IMG/VR virus record: IMGVR_UViG_3300045012_000066
Span: 1 to 64,000 of that record
DNA: 64,000 nt
Reading direction: 5' to 3' (one strand)
DNA from: a virus
A program made the position numbers and the translations under genes. Positions 1-9,665 of the stretch are shown here, one piece after another (the first letter of the stretch is position 1; each line of letters begins with the position of its first letter). The notes below the pieces were generated by a model that worked only from the letters and a program-made list of their open reading frames with translations, was not told where the DNA came from and made no database searches.

Positions 1-9
1 CCGGATCAG

Positions 10-645
10 CTAGTGCCACGCACCGCCCGCGACCGTACTCTCATTCAGGAACTTGTTCTCGTCTTCCTCAGCGCCCCCATCGCCTTCTACCGGAAGCTCG
101 ACCCCGATAGCGCCACCCCCTCCGCGAGAACTCAAGGTATTGGCCGGGTGAAGCTCCTGCGGGACAGGCATTCGCGGCACCTGTGGCGGTGGCGGCTGCG
201 CCGGGATGTCATACCGGGGCGGATTGGCGTACGACAGCGGCTGATCGCCCACGATCTGTTCCAGTGTCGGCGCGGAAACGATGCCGCCGTACGAGGCTGT
301 GCCGGGGAACTCCATCATCCCCATCGGATTCTTGAGGGCTAGGATGATGCGCTGAAGCGACGGAATCTCCGCGCTCACGACCGCGTACTTGGCAGCAGCT
401 TCGGCGCGTTCAAGGATGGCCTTTGCCAGCCGCTTCTCTGCCGTTTTAAGGGCCGAGGAGAACTCCCGTGGGCCTGAGACCCCTTTCCTGCTCCGCGAGG
501 GCTTAGAAGCGGCCTTGGCGGCTTTAGCCTTGGCCTTGCGCTCCCTCTCCCAGCGCTCTTTAGCCGCAGCGCTCAAAATCTTGGACCGCTCTTCCTTGGT
601 CAGCTTCGAAGGTGCCTGTTTTTCGGGGGTCTGTTCGTCCGCCAT
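10..645 (-). CDS. hypothetical protein, basic N-terminus and Pro-rich C-terminus
   Basis: 211-aa ORF with SD-like AGGAG upstream, co-oriented with neighbours. Confidence 0.6.
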   Translation of the reverse strand: MADEQTPEKQAPSKLTKEERSKILSAAAKERWERERKAKAKAAKAASKPSRSRKGVSGPREFSSALKTAEKRLAKAILERAEAAAKYAVVSAEIPSLQRIILALKNPMGMMEFPGTASYGGIVSAPTLEQIVGDQPLSYANPPRYDIPAQPPPPQVPRMPVPQELHPANTLSSRGGGGAIGVELPVEGDGGAEEDENKFLNESTVAGGAWH

Positions 646-714
646 GACTGAATTCTCCTGTGAGTGGGACTTATGGCGCAGTTAGACGGAATTTAATTCC
701 CACTTACTCACAAG

Positions 715-1452
715 TCAAGGGGTTTTAGCCAGCTTCCACTCTTTGGGTAGCACGCCGAAGGGGTGAGTAAATTGTTCTTCTCCGACTACACCGCCCCACT
801 TGGCGCGGTAATACTCACGATACAGCGGGAAAGTAACACTGTTCAGGTGGCGCAGATAGGCATCACTGTTGATCGTCTGGCTCCCATGCCCCTCTGGGCC
901 GTGTTTTACCACGATTCCTGAACTGATACGCTCCCAGCCAGCGAGGTCCATGCGCCGAAAATAGTCATTGTCGGAAAAGTAGGCGGCAAAGGTGGTGTCG
1001 TAACCGCCTATCGCCCCATAGACTTTTGGGTTATAGACGCATAGTACGTCGTGCAGGGTGTAGATAACTCCCCATTTAGGATGAGGAAGAGGAGGAAGAG
1101 GATTATTGATAGCGCGAGCATACTCCAGCAGCTTCTCGCATGCACCTTCGGGGATAACTGCATCGTTATGCATGTGTATGCAATAAGACTTGCCCCGGCG
1201 CAGCGTCTCTTCGAGTTCCCAGTTCATGCTCTGGGTGAACGACAGCGGAACGGGCGGACGAAAGACTTTCACAGGTGGTAGCCATCTCATAACCACGCCG
1301 CTATCGTCGAGAATCTTGATGTTTGCGACCATCCCGTCCGGAGAATTGTCGATGATGGTCAGATCGTCGTGCAGGCAGGTGACCGAATTCACCGCGTTTA
1401 TCAGCAGGTCAGGCCGGTTTACGACAGGAATAAAGGCCGCAAAGTCAGACAT
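715..1452 (-). CDS. GT-A fold glycosyltransferase (GT2-like)
   Basis: N-terminal FIPVVNRPDLL, IIDNS, HMHND acidic motif, and GGYD..F..YFSDND motif typical of GT2. Confidence 0.75.
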   Translation of the reverse strand: MSDFAAFIPVVNRPDLLINAVNSVTCLHDDLTIIDNSPDGMVANIKILDDSGVVMRWLPPVKVFRPPVPLSFTQSMNWELEETLRRGKSYCIHMHNDAVIPEGACEKLLEYARAINNPLPPLPHPKWGVIYTLHDVLCVYNPKVYGAIGGYDTTFAAYFSDNDYFRRMDLAGWERISSGIVVKHGPEGHGSQTINSDAYLRHLNSVTFPLYREYYRAKWGGVVGEEQFTHPFGVLPKEWKLAKTP

Positions 1453-1495
1453 GGTGAGATTCTAAAATTTAATTGCAGTCGCTACCAGATAACTT

Positions 1496-1702
1496 TCAGT
1501 ACCGCCCTTCAATCCACGCGTCCACTTCTTCATCTGTCATTGGATCGAAGACGTGCGGGTCGAGGATCACCTTGCCCTTGAGCGTACCGAATTTTGGTTT
1601 CGGCCTTGATTTAATTTTCCCCAGACATAGCCAAATAAGACCCGTGGTTGCTACTCCGATCACGGCCCACCAGTTGCCAGTCTTAGAGTCTTTCCGAATC
1701 AT
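1496..1702 (-). CDS. small DUF2281/antitoxin-like protein
   Basis: C-terminal RPKPKFGTLKGKVILDPHVFDPMTDEE resembles the FGxLKGKI..FD.P motif of DUF2281-like antitoxins; start uncertain. Confidence 0.45.
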   Translation of the reverse strand: MIRKDSKTGNWWAVIGVATTGLIWLCLGKIKSRPKPKFGTLKGKVILDPHVFDPMTDEEVDAWIEGRY

Positions 1703-2214
1703 GGCGCGATCCAGATGGTGTCCACTACTTCGACGCCGGGAATCAATTCATCGACGATGCGCTTCACATCCGGCCAGCCCGCGAAGCCGTAATCGTGGCC
1801 GCAGAAGGTTCCGCCTTCGGCCAGCAGCGGTTGCCATGCCATGATGTCCTGCCGCACGTTGTACTCATCATGGGCAGCGTCGATAAAAATCAGGTCGAAG
1901 CGCCGACTGAGCTTGACGGCCTTGCGAGCGGCCCAGATCGAAGCGTGGTTCATGGGGCGCACGTTGGTTAGATGGGCGGTGTTGGCGCAAAACACGTCGT
2001 AGTACCAGCCATCCGTACCGCATTCGGACCAGATATCGACGGAGTAGACTCGCGCCTCTGTGTTCTCGGCCAGAGCGCATGTACTGCGGCCTTTGTAGCT
2101 TCCGATCTCCACGATGCTGCCGCCCTTGGGAACCTTCGCTGCTGCTTGTGCCAGCCAGAGCAACTCGGAACTAGACATCCACCCTTGAATCGTCAACGCC
2201 TTCTCGATATTCAT
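1699..2214 (-). CDS. class I SAM-dependent methyltransferase (Methyltransf_24-like)
   Basis: VEIGSYKGRST motif I, DLIFIDAAH, GGTFCGHDY. Confidence 0.85.
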   Translation of the reverse strand: MNIEKALTIQGWMSSSELLWLAQAAAKVPKGGSIVEIGSYKGRSTCALAENTEARVYSVDIWSECGTDGWYYDVFCANTAHLTNVRPMNHASIWAARKAVKLSRRFDLIFIDAAHDEYNVRQDIMAWQPLLAEGGTFCGHDYGFAGWPDVKRIVDELIPGVEVVDTIWIAP

Positions 2215-2780
2215 ACACCCATCCCACTCGTCGGTACGTTAATAATAGGAGCAATCTCCGGGAAAGCGATATAGGAATAACGCTCTTTGAGGGCATCACA
2301 AAAGATGCCGTCCAGCGTGTACTCATCCCGGTTGGGCCACTCCGCGATCTCCCGCTTGATGACCATGTTGGCGGTATCGACATGGCAGCAGCGTGGGTCT
2401 TCGGAGAAGAAAATCCGGCCATGGCGCAGGATGGGGAAGACGGCCCAGTCAGGACGCGCCTGATCGAGAGCGCGGTAGATGTCGGTGAGCGCGTCGGAGC
2501 GCTGGAAGAAGTTGTCGTCGTCCAGATAGATGCAGTAGTCGCCAGCCGCCAGCCGCCAGCCGATCCCACGGGGTGTGTTACCGAAATTACCGTAACGCTT
2601 GCCGAGACAGACGATCTGGCGGTCGGGATGCTGGATGGAATTCAGGAGATCGGAATTCAGGGGACCGCCGTCCACGACGACGATGTGTTGCCACAGGTCC
2701 AGTTGGGTTTCGATGGACTGGCAGCAACGAAAGAGACTGTCACGCTGAAGCGTGGCGGTGATAATGCTGAACATCGGCAT
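2211..2780 (-). CDS. glycosyltransferase family 2-like
   Basis: FSIITAT start, VVVDGG, YCIYLDDDN (DxD motif). Confidence 0.85.
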   Translation of the reverse strand: MPMFSIITATLQRDSLFRCCQSIETQLDLWQHIVVVDGGPLNSDLLNSIQHPDRQIVCLGKRYGNFGNTPRGIGWRLAAGDYCIYLDDDNFFQRSDALTDIYRALDQARPDWAVFPILRHGRIFFSEDPRCCHVDTANMVIKREIAEWPNRDEYTLDGIFCDALKERYSYIAFPEIAPIINVPTSGMGV

Positions 2781-2795
2781 AACAGCCTCATTGTC

Positions 2796-3098
2796 TCATT
2801 CCTTTTTGAGATCGCCGCTTGGCTCAGCGGCTTGCTCTATGAACGTCATCATGGCCTCTGCCGCCTCCGTCCGACTGGCATTGGACGTGACATAAAACGT
2901 ATCCGCGCCGCGATCAGGAAAGATCAGCAAGACGAAGCCGTAAGTGGGGAATGCTTCGGTGAGGGTGGCGGTTAGTTTTCCGCCAACCTCCTTCAGCGCG
3001 GCTGCTAGCTCAGGATCAGGACTATCACCTATGCGCATGCGAAGCTTACCTTCTCCCGAGATCGCCTTCGTGAACTTCGAAGTCTTGGGGCGTGTCAC
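2796..3098 (-). CDS. hypothetical protein
   Basis: 100-aa ORF within the minus-strand operon. Confidence 0.5.
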   Translation of the reverse strand: MTRPKTSKFTKAISGEGKLRMRIGDSPDPELAAALKEVGGKLTATLTEAFPTYGFVLLIFPDRGADTFYVTSNASRTEAAEAMMTFIEQAAEPSGDLKKE

Positions 3099-3223
3099 CT
3101 TTCTTGATATGCATCGCTAGGTGTAACGCCTGCCAGCGCCGCCGCAAGTCGGTGCGGTGCATTTCCTTCGGTGGCACAGCTTCGCAAAACATGCAAAAGG
3201 TTGGAACCCCGAAGCCGCGTCCG

Positions 3224-4123
3224 CTACGACGAATAATGCTGGCCAAGAGCGAGAATGACCCTGCGGGCAAACTGGCGTGGAGCGACATCATGCTCGTCCG
3301 CAGCATGGCTGAGGAAACCTTTGATGTTTCCGACTGCATCAGCGACTGCAATCGTTTCGGCAAACGAGGCATCATGGGAATTACCGTGCCGCTCGGTTGC
3401 GTGGACTGTGTGGGCTGCTGTTCTTTGCGTGCTGCCATTGGCATGTATTAGCTCCTCAGTGGTGGCTGGAAGGATTTGAAGTCCGCGTGGATCGACCTGA
3501 TGTTTGCGCTTAAGGTGAGCCGCCAAGAATTTCAATGCCTTAAAAGTGTTGGGGCATTGCGGACACTGAACCCTGCCGTTCGAATTCACGGCTACCTTCG
3601 GATTCACGATGACCCCATTGGTTCGTTGTTCGATTCGTTGCTCTTGGCGACGCTCCAACGCGACTTGAGCCTTAAGGTGATTGCGCCCAAGAACGCCATG
3701 CTTGAAACGGCGGTGCTTCCCAAGTTCGGTTGCCGTAGGAAAGTCAATCTTTCGGTGTAGGCTTTGCATGCATTCCGGACAACGAAAGATACCTTGCTGA
3801 GCAAGAGCCGCGTAGTGTCTCGCAGCTTTATCGGAAGAGACGTTTACGGTTGCCTTGTCAATCGCCGTGTTGAGCTTTTTCCTCTTTGCATAACTAGCCT
3901 TGATCGCTACCTTGGCTTTCTTCCGTGCTTCGGGCGAATGCCAGCCGCTATCGGAGTGCCTTTTTAGCTGCGACGCTTTAATGTTTTCCTTACGTTTCTC
4001 TATAGCCTCTGGGGGCAGCGGCTCTCCGTTTCGTAAGAGATTATGAGCCATCGCCATGTGGGACGATAAGCCAGAGTTACTCTTGAACTCTTTTCCGCAT
4101 TCAGGAACTGGACATTGTGACAT
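3224..4123 (-). CDS. multi-C2H2 zinc-finger protein
   Basis: Three C2H2-like motifs: CPVPEC..F......H....H, CPEC....H....H, CPQC..F......H....H. Confidence 0.7.
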   Translation of the reverse strand: MSQCPVPECGKEFKSNSGLSSHMAMAHNLLRNGEPLPPEAIEKRKENIKASQLKRHSDSGWHSPEARKKAKVAIKASYAKRKKLNTAIDKATVNVSSDKAARHYAALAQQGIFRCPECMQSLHRKIDFPTATELGKHRRFKHGVLGRNHLKAQVALERRQEQRIEQRTNGVIVNPKVAVNSNGRVQCPQCPNTFKALKFLAAHLKRKHQVDPRGLQILPATTEELIHANGSTQRTAAHTVHATERHGNSHDASFAETIAVADAVGNIKGFLSHAADEHDVAPRQFARRVILALGQHYSS

Positions 4124-4211
4124 TAACTCTCCTTTACTTCGATTCAGTCTGTTTACTTGTTTTGTTCTAAATTAAATTTCAAATTTTCTCAGTTTGAAAG
4201 GGGAACAAGTC

Positions 4212-5432
4212 TTACTGCTTTGCGAGTGCTTTTCGAAACCACGCGTCAAAGCGGGGCCAAACGTTACTCCAGTCGAGTTGACTAGGCTGATTAACCCTCT
4301 TCCCTAGAAAATACTCTATCTTGTCCACCCAGTCCTTAGCGTCAAAGATCGGGCGGTAGCAGTTGTACACGCCTTCCAAATGAAGACGAACTGGATTTAT
4401 TAACAGGTCTTGGTCTACAAAATCAACTGCGCCTGCGTATTTTCCGTGAATGCAGGGTGTGCCACAAAACAAGCTCTCGGCTATCGGATAGCCAAAACCC
4501 TCACCGGCTCCGATCCCAAGGGTGACATCGCAAGCTGAGTAAGCTTGGGCCATTTCGTCATCGTCCAGATAGCCCAGCGAGAACATGGCAGTGTCAGCGA
4601 GTCCGAAGTCCACCAGCAGGGCAAAGAGCGACCAGTAGTTCTCCATCTTGTCGGTATGAATCCAGAATCTCGCCTTGGGGTGATGACGATGGAGGAGCAT
4701 CTCGCAAATCTCCGCCCACAGTCCCCAGTCCTTGCGGGCCTGATTGGTGGCGACCGCGCCGATCAGGATTTCGTCCTCCCGAATCGGTGGCGGCGTTGTG
4801 CCACGCAGGTTGCCGCAGCCAGTCAGCGACGCGAAGTTCTTACGCGCCTCGCTCCGGTCGCGGGGGTAGAAGATGGCAGGGTCGATGCCGTGCGGGATCG
4901 ATCCCAAGTCTCTTTCTTGCGAACGCTCGTTTCCCAGAGAGCGGCGGATGATGTCTTCGCTCCACTGTCCGTAGGCCAGAATACGGTCGAAGCCCAGAAG
5001 GCTCTGGACGAGCGGGTAGGAGAGCGTGTCATGCGGCCCTTCAGCATCGACCGGATTGTAAATCCAGCGCTCGATCTTGGCGGAGGTGAGAAATTGCTTC
5101 AGCGGTTCGACCTCGCACATTACGTTGGGCCGCGAGAACCAGCCGAGACGACCGGCGTCCCAGACAAAGAGAATGACGCCCGCCTGTTTCCCGGCCCAGT
5201 CCGCCCAGACCTCTGGAAGCGTAGGGAGGACAAAGTCGGCCATGCCTTCAATTGCGTACTGGGGAAATTTAAATCTCTGTGATCCGGGGCCACCGTAGCC
5301 AAAGCTGGCGATGCGGCAAACGTCTTTAAGATTCGCGTCGGCTCGTATAGCGATTTCGCCAGCAATTCGGCCCAATCCTGTTCCTGCGGACACAGCGTCG
5401 CTAACGATCAGCACAGGGGTTGGTGCGACCAT
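4212..5432 (-). CDS. GT-B glycosyltransferase (GT4-like)
   Basis: IPHGIDPAIF, ATNQARKDWG, GEGFGYPIAESLFCGTPCI (E-x7-E motif). Confidence 0.85.
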   Translation of the reverse strand: MVAPTPVLIVSDAVSAGTGLGRIAGEIAIRADANLKDVCRIASFGYGGPGSQRFKFPQYAIEGMADFVLPTLPEVWADWAGKQAGVILFVWDAGRLGWFSRPNVMCEVEPLKQFLTSAKIERWIYNPVDAEGPHDTLSYPLVQSLLGFDRILAYGQWSEDIIRRSLGNERSQERDLGSIPHGIDPAIFYPRDRSEARKNFASLTGCGNLRGTTPPPIREDEILIGAVATNQARKDWGLWAEICEMLLHRHHPKARFWIHTDKMENYWSLFALLVDFGLADTAMFSLGYLDDDEMAQAYSACDVTLGIGAGEGFGYPIAESLFCGTPCIHGKYAGAVDFVDQDLLINPVRLHLEGVYNCYRPIFDAKDWVDKIEYFLGKRVNQPSQLDWSNVWPRFDAWFRKALAKQ

Positions 5433-5442
5433 GCAGGCCAGT

Positions 5443-5528
5443 CTAGGACGGCGTCCCTAACATGTCAAGCGTATTTACGCATCCATACGCTTACTTGTGT
5501 TGACACTGAAACCGGGTGGTTTTATTCT
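5443..5528. promoter_or_regulatory. divergent sigma70-like promoters
   Basis: Minus strand TTGACA-17-TAGACT toward the GT4 gene; plus strand TTGACA-17-TATTCT toward the HTH gene. Confidence 0.7.
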
Positions 5529-5534
5529 TGAAGT

Positions 5535-5807
5535 ATGGGACAAACGGCGGTAGTAAGAAAACAGCAAACGAGGGCGACAAAAGTGGCCAACACCTTAACC
5601 GAGGCTGAGGTACTCAACATCATGAAGGCCGAACAGGGGGCACAGTCCCTCCGTGAATTTGCGGCCACGATTGGTGTCACCCCGGCATACATTTCGGACA
5701 TCTACAACGGCAGGCGTCACCCCGGCGCGAAGGTTCTGGATCATTTCGGCATTGGCAAAACGAGCCAGATTATCGTAGAGTACGTATTCTTCAGAAAGAA
5801 GAAATAG
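5535..5807 (+). CDS. XRE/Cro-like helix-turn-helix regulator
   Basis: SLREFAATIGVTPAYISDIYNGRRHPG is a canonical HTH_3 pattern. Confidence 0.85.
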   Translation: MGQTAVVRKQQTRATKVANTLTEAEVLNIMKAEQGAQSLREFAATIGVTPAYISDIYNGRRHPGAKVLDHFGIGKTSQIIVEYVFFRKKK

Positions 5808-5825
5808 CCGGGAGGGCAATCCCCC

Positions 5826-6716
5826 ATGCCCATGATCGAACTGCATGAAGGCTTCTACGTCCGTATTGGCAGCGACATCGCATTTGCGGTAGTCAAGGCA
5901 AGCGAGGACGGAAAAGCGTGCTCTGCGTTTTCCGATGGCCAGTCAGCCGTGGATGGAGGCTTCCTCATCCCCTACAAGGCGTCCGAGGTTTGCGAGCAAC
6001 TGAACGACGCCGAGGAAGAGCTTTACGGCGAAGAAGAGGACGAAAAGTAGAATGCCGCGTCACGTCTTCGTTGGGGACGCCGTACATCTGAAGCAGTCTC
6101 CCTGTCCCGTCTGCGGCCACAAGCTCGACGGCCTCACCCCCGCCAAATTTGACACCCCTCCTGCCAAGCCAGACGACTGGGTTCCGACCAACACCTCTTT
6201 CAGTATCTGCATCTACTGCGCATCCATGCTCCGTTTTGAGGGTGAACGCAAACTGCGCAAAGTCACCCCTGAAGACCTCGTGGAACTGCTCAACGCTGAG
6301 CCGGAACTCTTCAACCTGCTGCATAAGATGGCCGACTTCGCGAACGGGATGATCCGGGATCGGCAGCGCAAGAACTACAGGAAAAACTGATGCAGGCCAG
6401 CGACAGGCTCAAAACGGTGCTGGGGCTGGGAGACGTGGTCGCCCTGTTCCCGGTGCTCAAGGATTGGAGCACGGATGAGCTACGGGCACTGCTTAGGGAT
6501 ATTGAGGAGTACGCCTCTGTGAGTCACAAGGCCATCGATAGAGCGTGGGAAACAGTTGCGTTGTCGCCCAACGTTTTCCTGAGTGACGCGTTGTCGAAGA
6601 CGGTTGACAAGTATCGCGACGAAAAGAAGATAGAAGTGATGCAGATTATGTCGGAAATTAGTTCGGTGGCGATGTTCTATTTGAACCAACGACGTGGAAT
6701 TAAAATTCCCGAGTGA
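5826..6716 (+). other. three small hypothetical CDS (5826-6050; 6052-6390, Zn-ribbon CPVC/CIYC; 6390-6716)
   Basis: Tightly coupled ORFs with RBS; the last stop codon overlaps the first array repeat. Confidence 0.6.
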
Positions 6717-8757
6717 ACCAATGGGTATGAGTGCGCCAGAGCAGTGGAGTGAACCAACACCATAGAGCGTGCCCAAGCCTGAGAGTGAAAACCAGTACTC
6801 GTGCCAAGATTGGATGAGTGAACCAACGCTGGAAAGAGTGCCAAAGTGCGGGAGTGCAACCATTTGCGTAGCGAGTGCCAAGATCGGATGAGTGAACCAA
6901 AGAGTGAGAGAGTGCCATGATCCAATGCGTGAACCGGGCAGGACGAGCGTGCCCGGAAAAGTGAGTGAACCAAGCGCAAGGAGAGTGCCATGGTTGAAGA
7001 GTGAACCAATAATTGGGAGAGCGCCAGAAAGAGGAAGTGAACCAACGCTGGGAAGAGCGCCAAAGTACGGGAGTGCCAACCAAATAATCCGCGAGTACCA
7101 AACACTGGGAGTGAACCATATCCTCTGAGGGTGCCAAATATCGAGCGTGAACCAAATACGACGTGCGTGCCAATGTAGATGAGTGGGAACCAATATGTGG
7201 GAGCGTGCCATGAAACAAGAGTGGGAACCAAGTCTGCTGAGAGGGCCAAGAAAGGTGAGTGCAGCCAAATCTGATGAGAGGACCAAAAGTGGCGAGCGAA
7301 AACCAGAGTGCTTGAGCGTGCCCGGAAAAGTGAGTGAACCGTCTTATCGGAGAGTGCCAAAGGTGGTGAGTGAAACCGACTAGGGCGTGAGCACCAAAAC
7401 CCATGAGTGAACCAAGTGCAAGGAGAGCGCCAATGTAATCGCGTGAACCAAATGAGTAGCGAGCACCAGTTTTCGTGAGTGCAGCCCACGGAGATCGTGA
7501 GCACCAATGCTGAAGAGCGGGAACCAACACCAAGGTGAGTACCATGAAGGCGGAGTGCAACCATGAACAGTGAGAGCACCATAGAAGTCGAGTGAGCCTA
7601 GAAGAACGAGAGTGCCAATACTTGGGAGTGAAAACCAATAATGTTGCGAGTGCCGAAGGTGAAGAGTGAACCATGTCAAGTGATAGCGCCAAGGGTTGAG
7701 AGTGAACCACATCGTGCCCAGCCAGACATTCCGTGAGTGCTAAAGGATGCGAGCGGGAAATACAACCATGAGCTATGCGAGTACCGGGAGTCCCGAGTGA
7801 ACCAATCAAGGATGAGCGTGCCAGAGATGCTGAGTGAACCAAAATACAAGTGAGTACCAAAAGGTTTGAGTGAGCCATCTCCGCAGAGAGTGCCAAACTC
7901 GAAGTGCGAACCATACGTGACGCGAGTGCCATAGTACGTGAGTGAACCAGAGTCAGTGCGAGTACCAAATAGGTAGAGTGAACCGTGATATTTGAGAGCA
8001 CCAAGTAGTGGGAGTGAACCAGATAACCGGCGAGTGCCAGAAGATGAAGAGTGAGCCATCATCGAGGAGTGCGCCAAGGTTAATGAGTGAACCGTACAGA
8101 GGAGAGCACCATAGTTGAGGAGTGAACCAGCGTCAGTGAGCCGCACCACAGTGGAAGAGTGAACCGAGAAAGCGGAGGAGCACCAACGGAGTGGGAGTGA
8201 ACCAACGTCAAGGAGAGTACCAATGTGCCAGAGTGCAACCATGATCGTGGAGAGCGCCACTGAACTGGAGTGAACCAATCATGCCGCGAGTACCAAAGCC
8301 CCTGAGTTGAACCCATGTAAAAGGAGAGCGCCAAATGTAGGGAGTGTCAGCCGTGTACGCCGTGAGCGCCAAGGTAGGAGAGCGAACCATATCCACCTGA
8401 GAGTGCCAAGAAGAGAGAGTGAACCATAACTAGTGTGAGCACCAAAATGAGAGAGTGAACCAAACCTAGCGGAGAGCACCATGAAAAGCGCGTGAACCAG
8501 AAATCCAGAGAGCGCCATATGATGAGAGTCGAACCATGAACGGAGAGGGTGCCAGAAATCCAGAGTGAACCACAGACAGAGAGAGTGCCAGACATGCCGC
8601 GTGAACCATCAAATCGGAGAAGCACCAGAAGACGAGAGTGAACCAGAAATCCAGAGAGCACCATATGATGAGAGTCGAACCAAGCTGTGAGAGAGTACCA
8701 GAGCGGAGAAGTGAACCAAAATCGTAGAGAGCACCATCATTCAGGAGTGAAAATCAG
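6711..8757 (+). repeat. TIGR-like dual-repeat array 1 (about 56 units of 36 nt)
   Basis: Alternating ~10-nt repeats GAGTGAACCA and GAG(A/C)G(T/C)(G/A)CCA separated by ~8-9-nt variable spacers; 18-nt half-period, 36-nt period (e.g. repeats at 6711, 6729, 6747, 6765). Confidence 0.9.
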
Positions 8758-9651
8758 ATGAGCACCACGCCGATCATTGAAGCCATGGAGCCGCTCAAAC
8801 GGCTCACGAAAGATTTAGCCAAAGCAGCCGTCACCCTGTCGCCCCACGAAGCGCGGTTTCTGGTAGACGCGTATTACATCATGCAACACAACCGTATTTC
8901 CGCTGCGCATCAGGTGCGCACGCTGGACAAAGGCGATGAGCCGCACAGCGTGATTGACTGGTTCGCAGTGCAGAGCGAGATGCTGGAGAATCAGGTCAAA
9001 CGCGCTCTGGATAAGTGGACCGACGGCCAGCCGGTCGCGGTCTGGGCCAAGTCGATCTGCGGGATCGGGCCGGTGATCGCGGCAGGGCTGGAAGCCAACA
9101 TCGATATCAGCCGCTGCGAAACGGCAGGACATATCTGGTCGTTTGCCGGACTGAACCCGGATATGAAGTGGGAGAAGAAAACCAAGCGGCCTTACAACGC
9201 TTCACTCAAAACCCTGTGCGCCTTCAAGCTGGGTGAGTCATTCGTCAAGGTGCAGTCCAATGACAACGACATCTACGGCAGAGTCTTCGTCACCAGAAAG
9301 AAACAGGAAGCAGAGTGGAATGAAGCCCTGAAGTTTGCCGATCTGGCCAAAGAGAGAGCCACCAGCGTTAACAAGAAAACCGATGCCTACAAGGCGTACA
9401 GCGTGGGCAAGCTGCCCCCGGCCCACATCCATGCGCGGGCACGGCGCTACGCGGTAAAACTGTTTCTAGCGCATTACCACATGGTGGCCTACTTCGTGCA
9501 TCACCAGAAGCTGCCGCCCTTTCCCTACGCCTTCTCGCACCTTGAAGGGCACATCCACTTCATCGCGCCACCCCACGCCGATCTGGTGGATGGCCTGCTG
9601 CCTGCGCTCAAAAAGTACGAAGACGAACTGCGCAAGCGCGGGGAAAAATAA
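8758..9651 (+). CDS. tasA: Nop-domain / IS110-related RNA-binding protein without nuclease domain (TasA-like)
   Basis: SICGIGPVIAAGL..ID.....AGHIWSFAGL is Transposase_20/Nop-like; no N-terminal DEDD RuvC; 297 aa; embedded between two dual-repeat arrays. Confidence 0.8.
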   Translation: MSTTPIIEAMEPLKRLTKDLAKAAVTLSPHEARFLVDAYYIMQHNRISAAHQVRTLDKGDEPHSVIDWFAVQSEMLENQVKRALDKWTDGQPVAVWAKSICGIGPVIAAGLEANIDISRCETAGHIWSFAGLNPDMKWEKKTKRPYNASLKTLCAFKLGESFVKVQSNDNDIYGRVFVTRKKQEAEWNEALKFADLAKERATSVNKKTDAYKAYSVGKLPPAHIHARARRYAVKLFLAHYHMVAYFVHHQKLPPFPYAFSHLEGHIHFIAPPHADLVDGLLPALKKYEDELRKRGEK

Positions 9652-9665
9652 AATCCAAGCGACTG

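Noticed and set aside
8758-9651. IS110 transposase
   Set aside because: Lacks the N-terminal DEDD RuvC domain needed for recombination, and is flanked by dual-repeat arrays.
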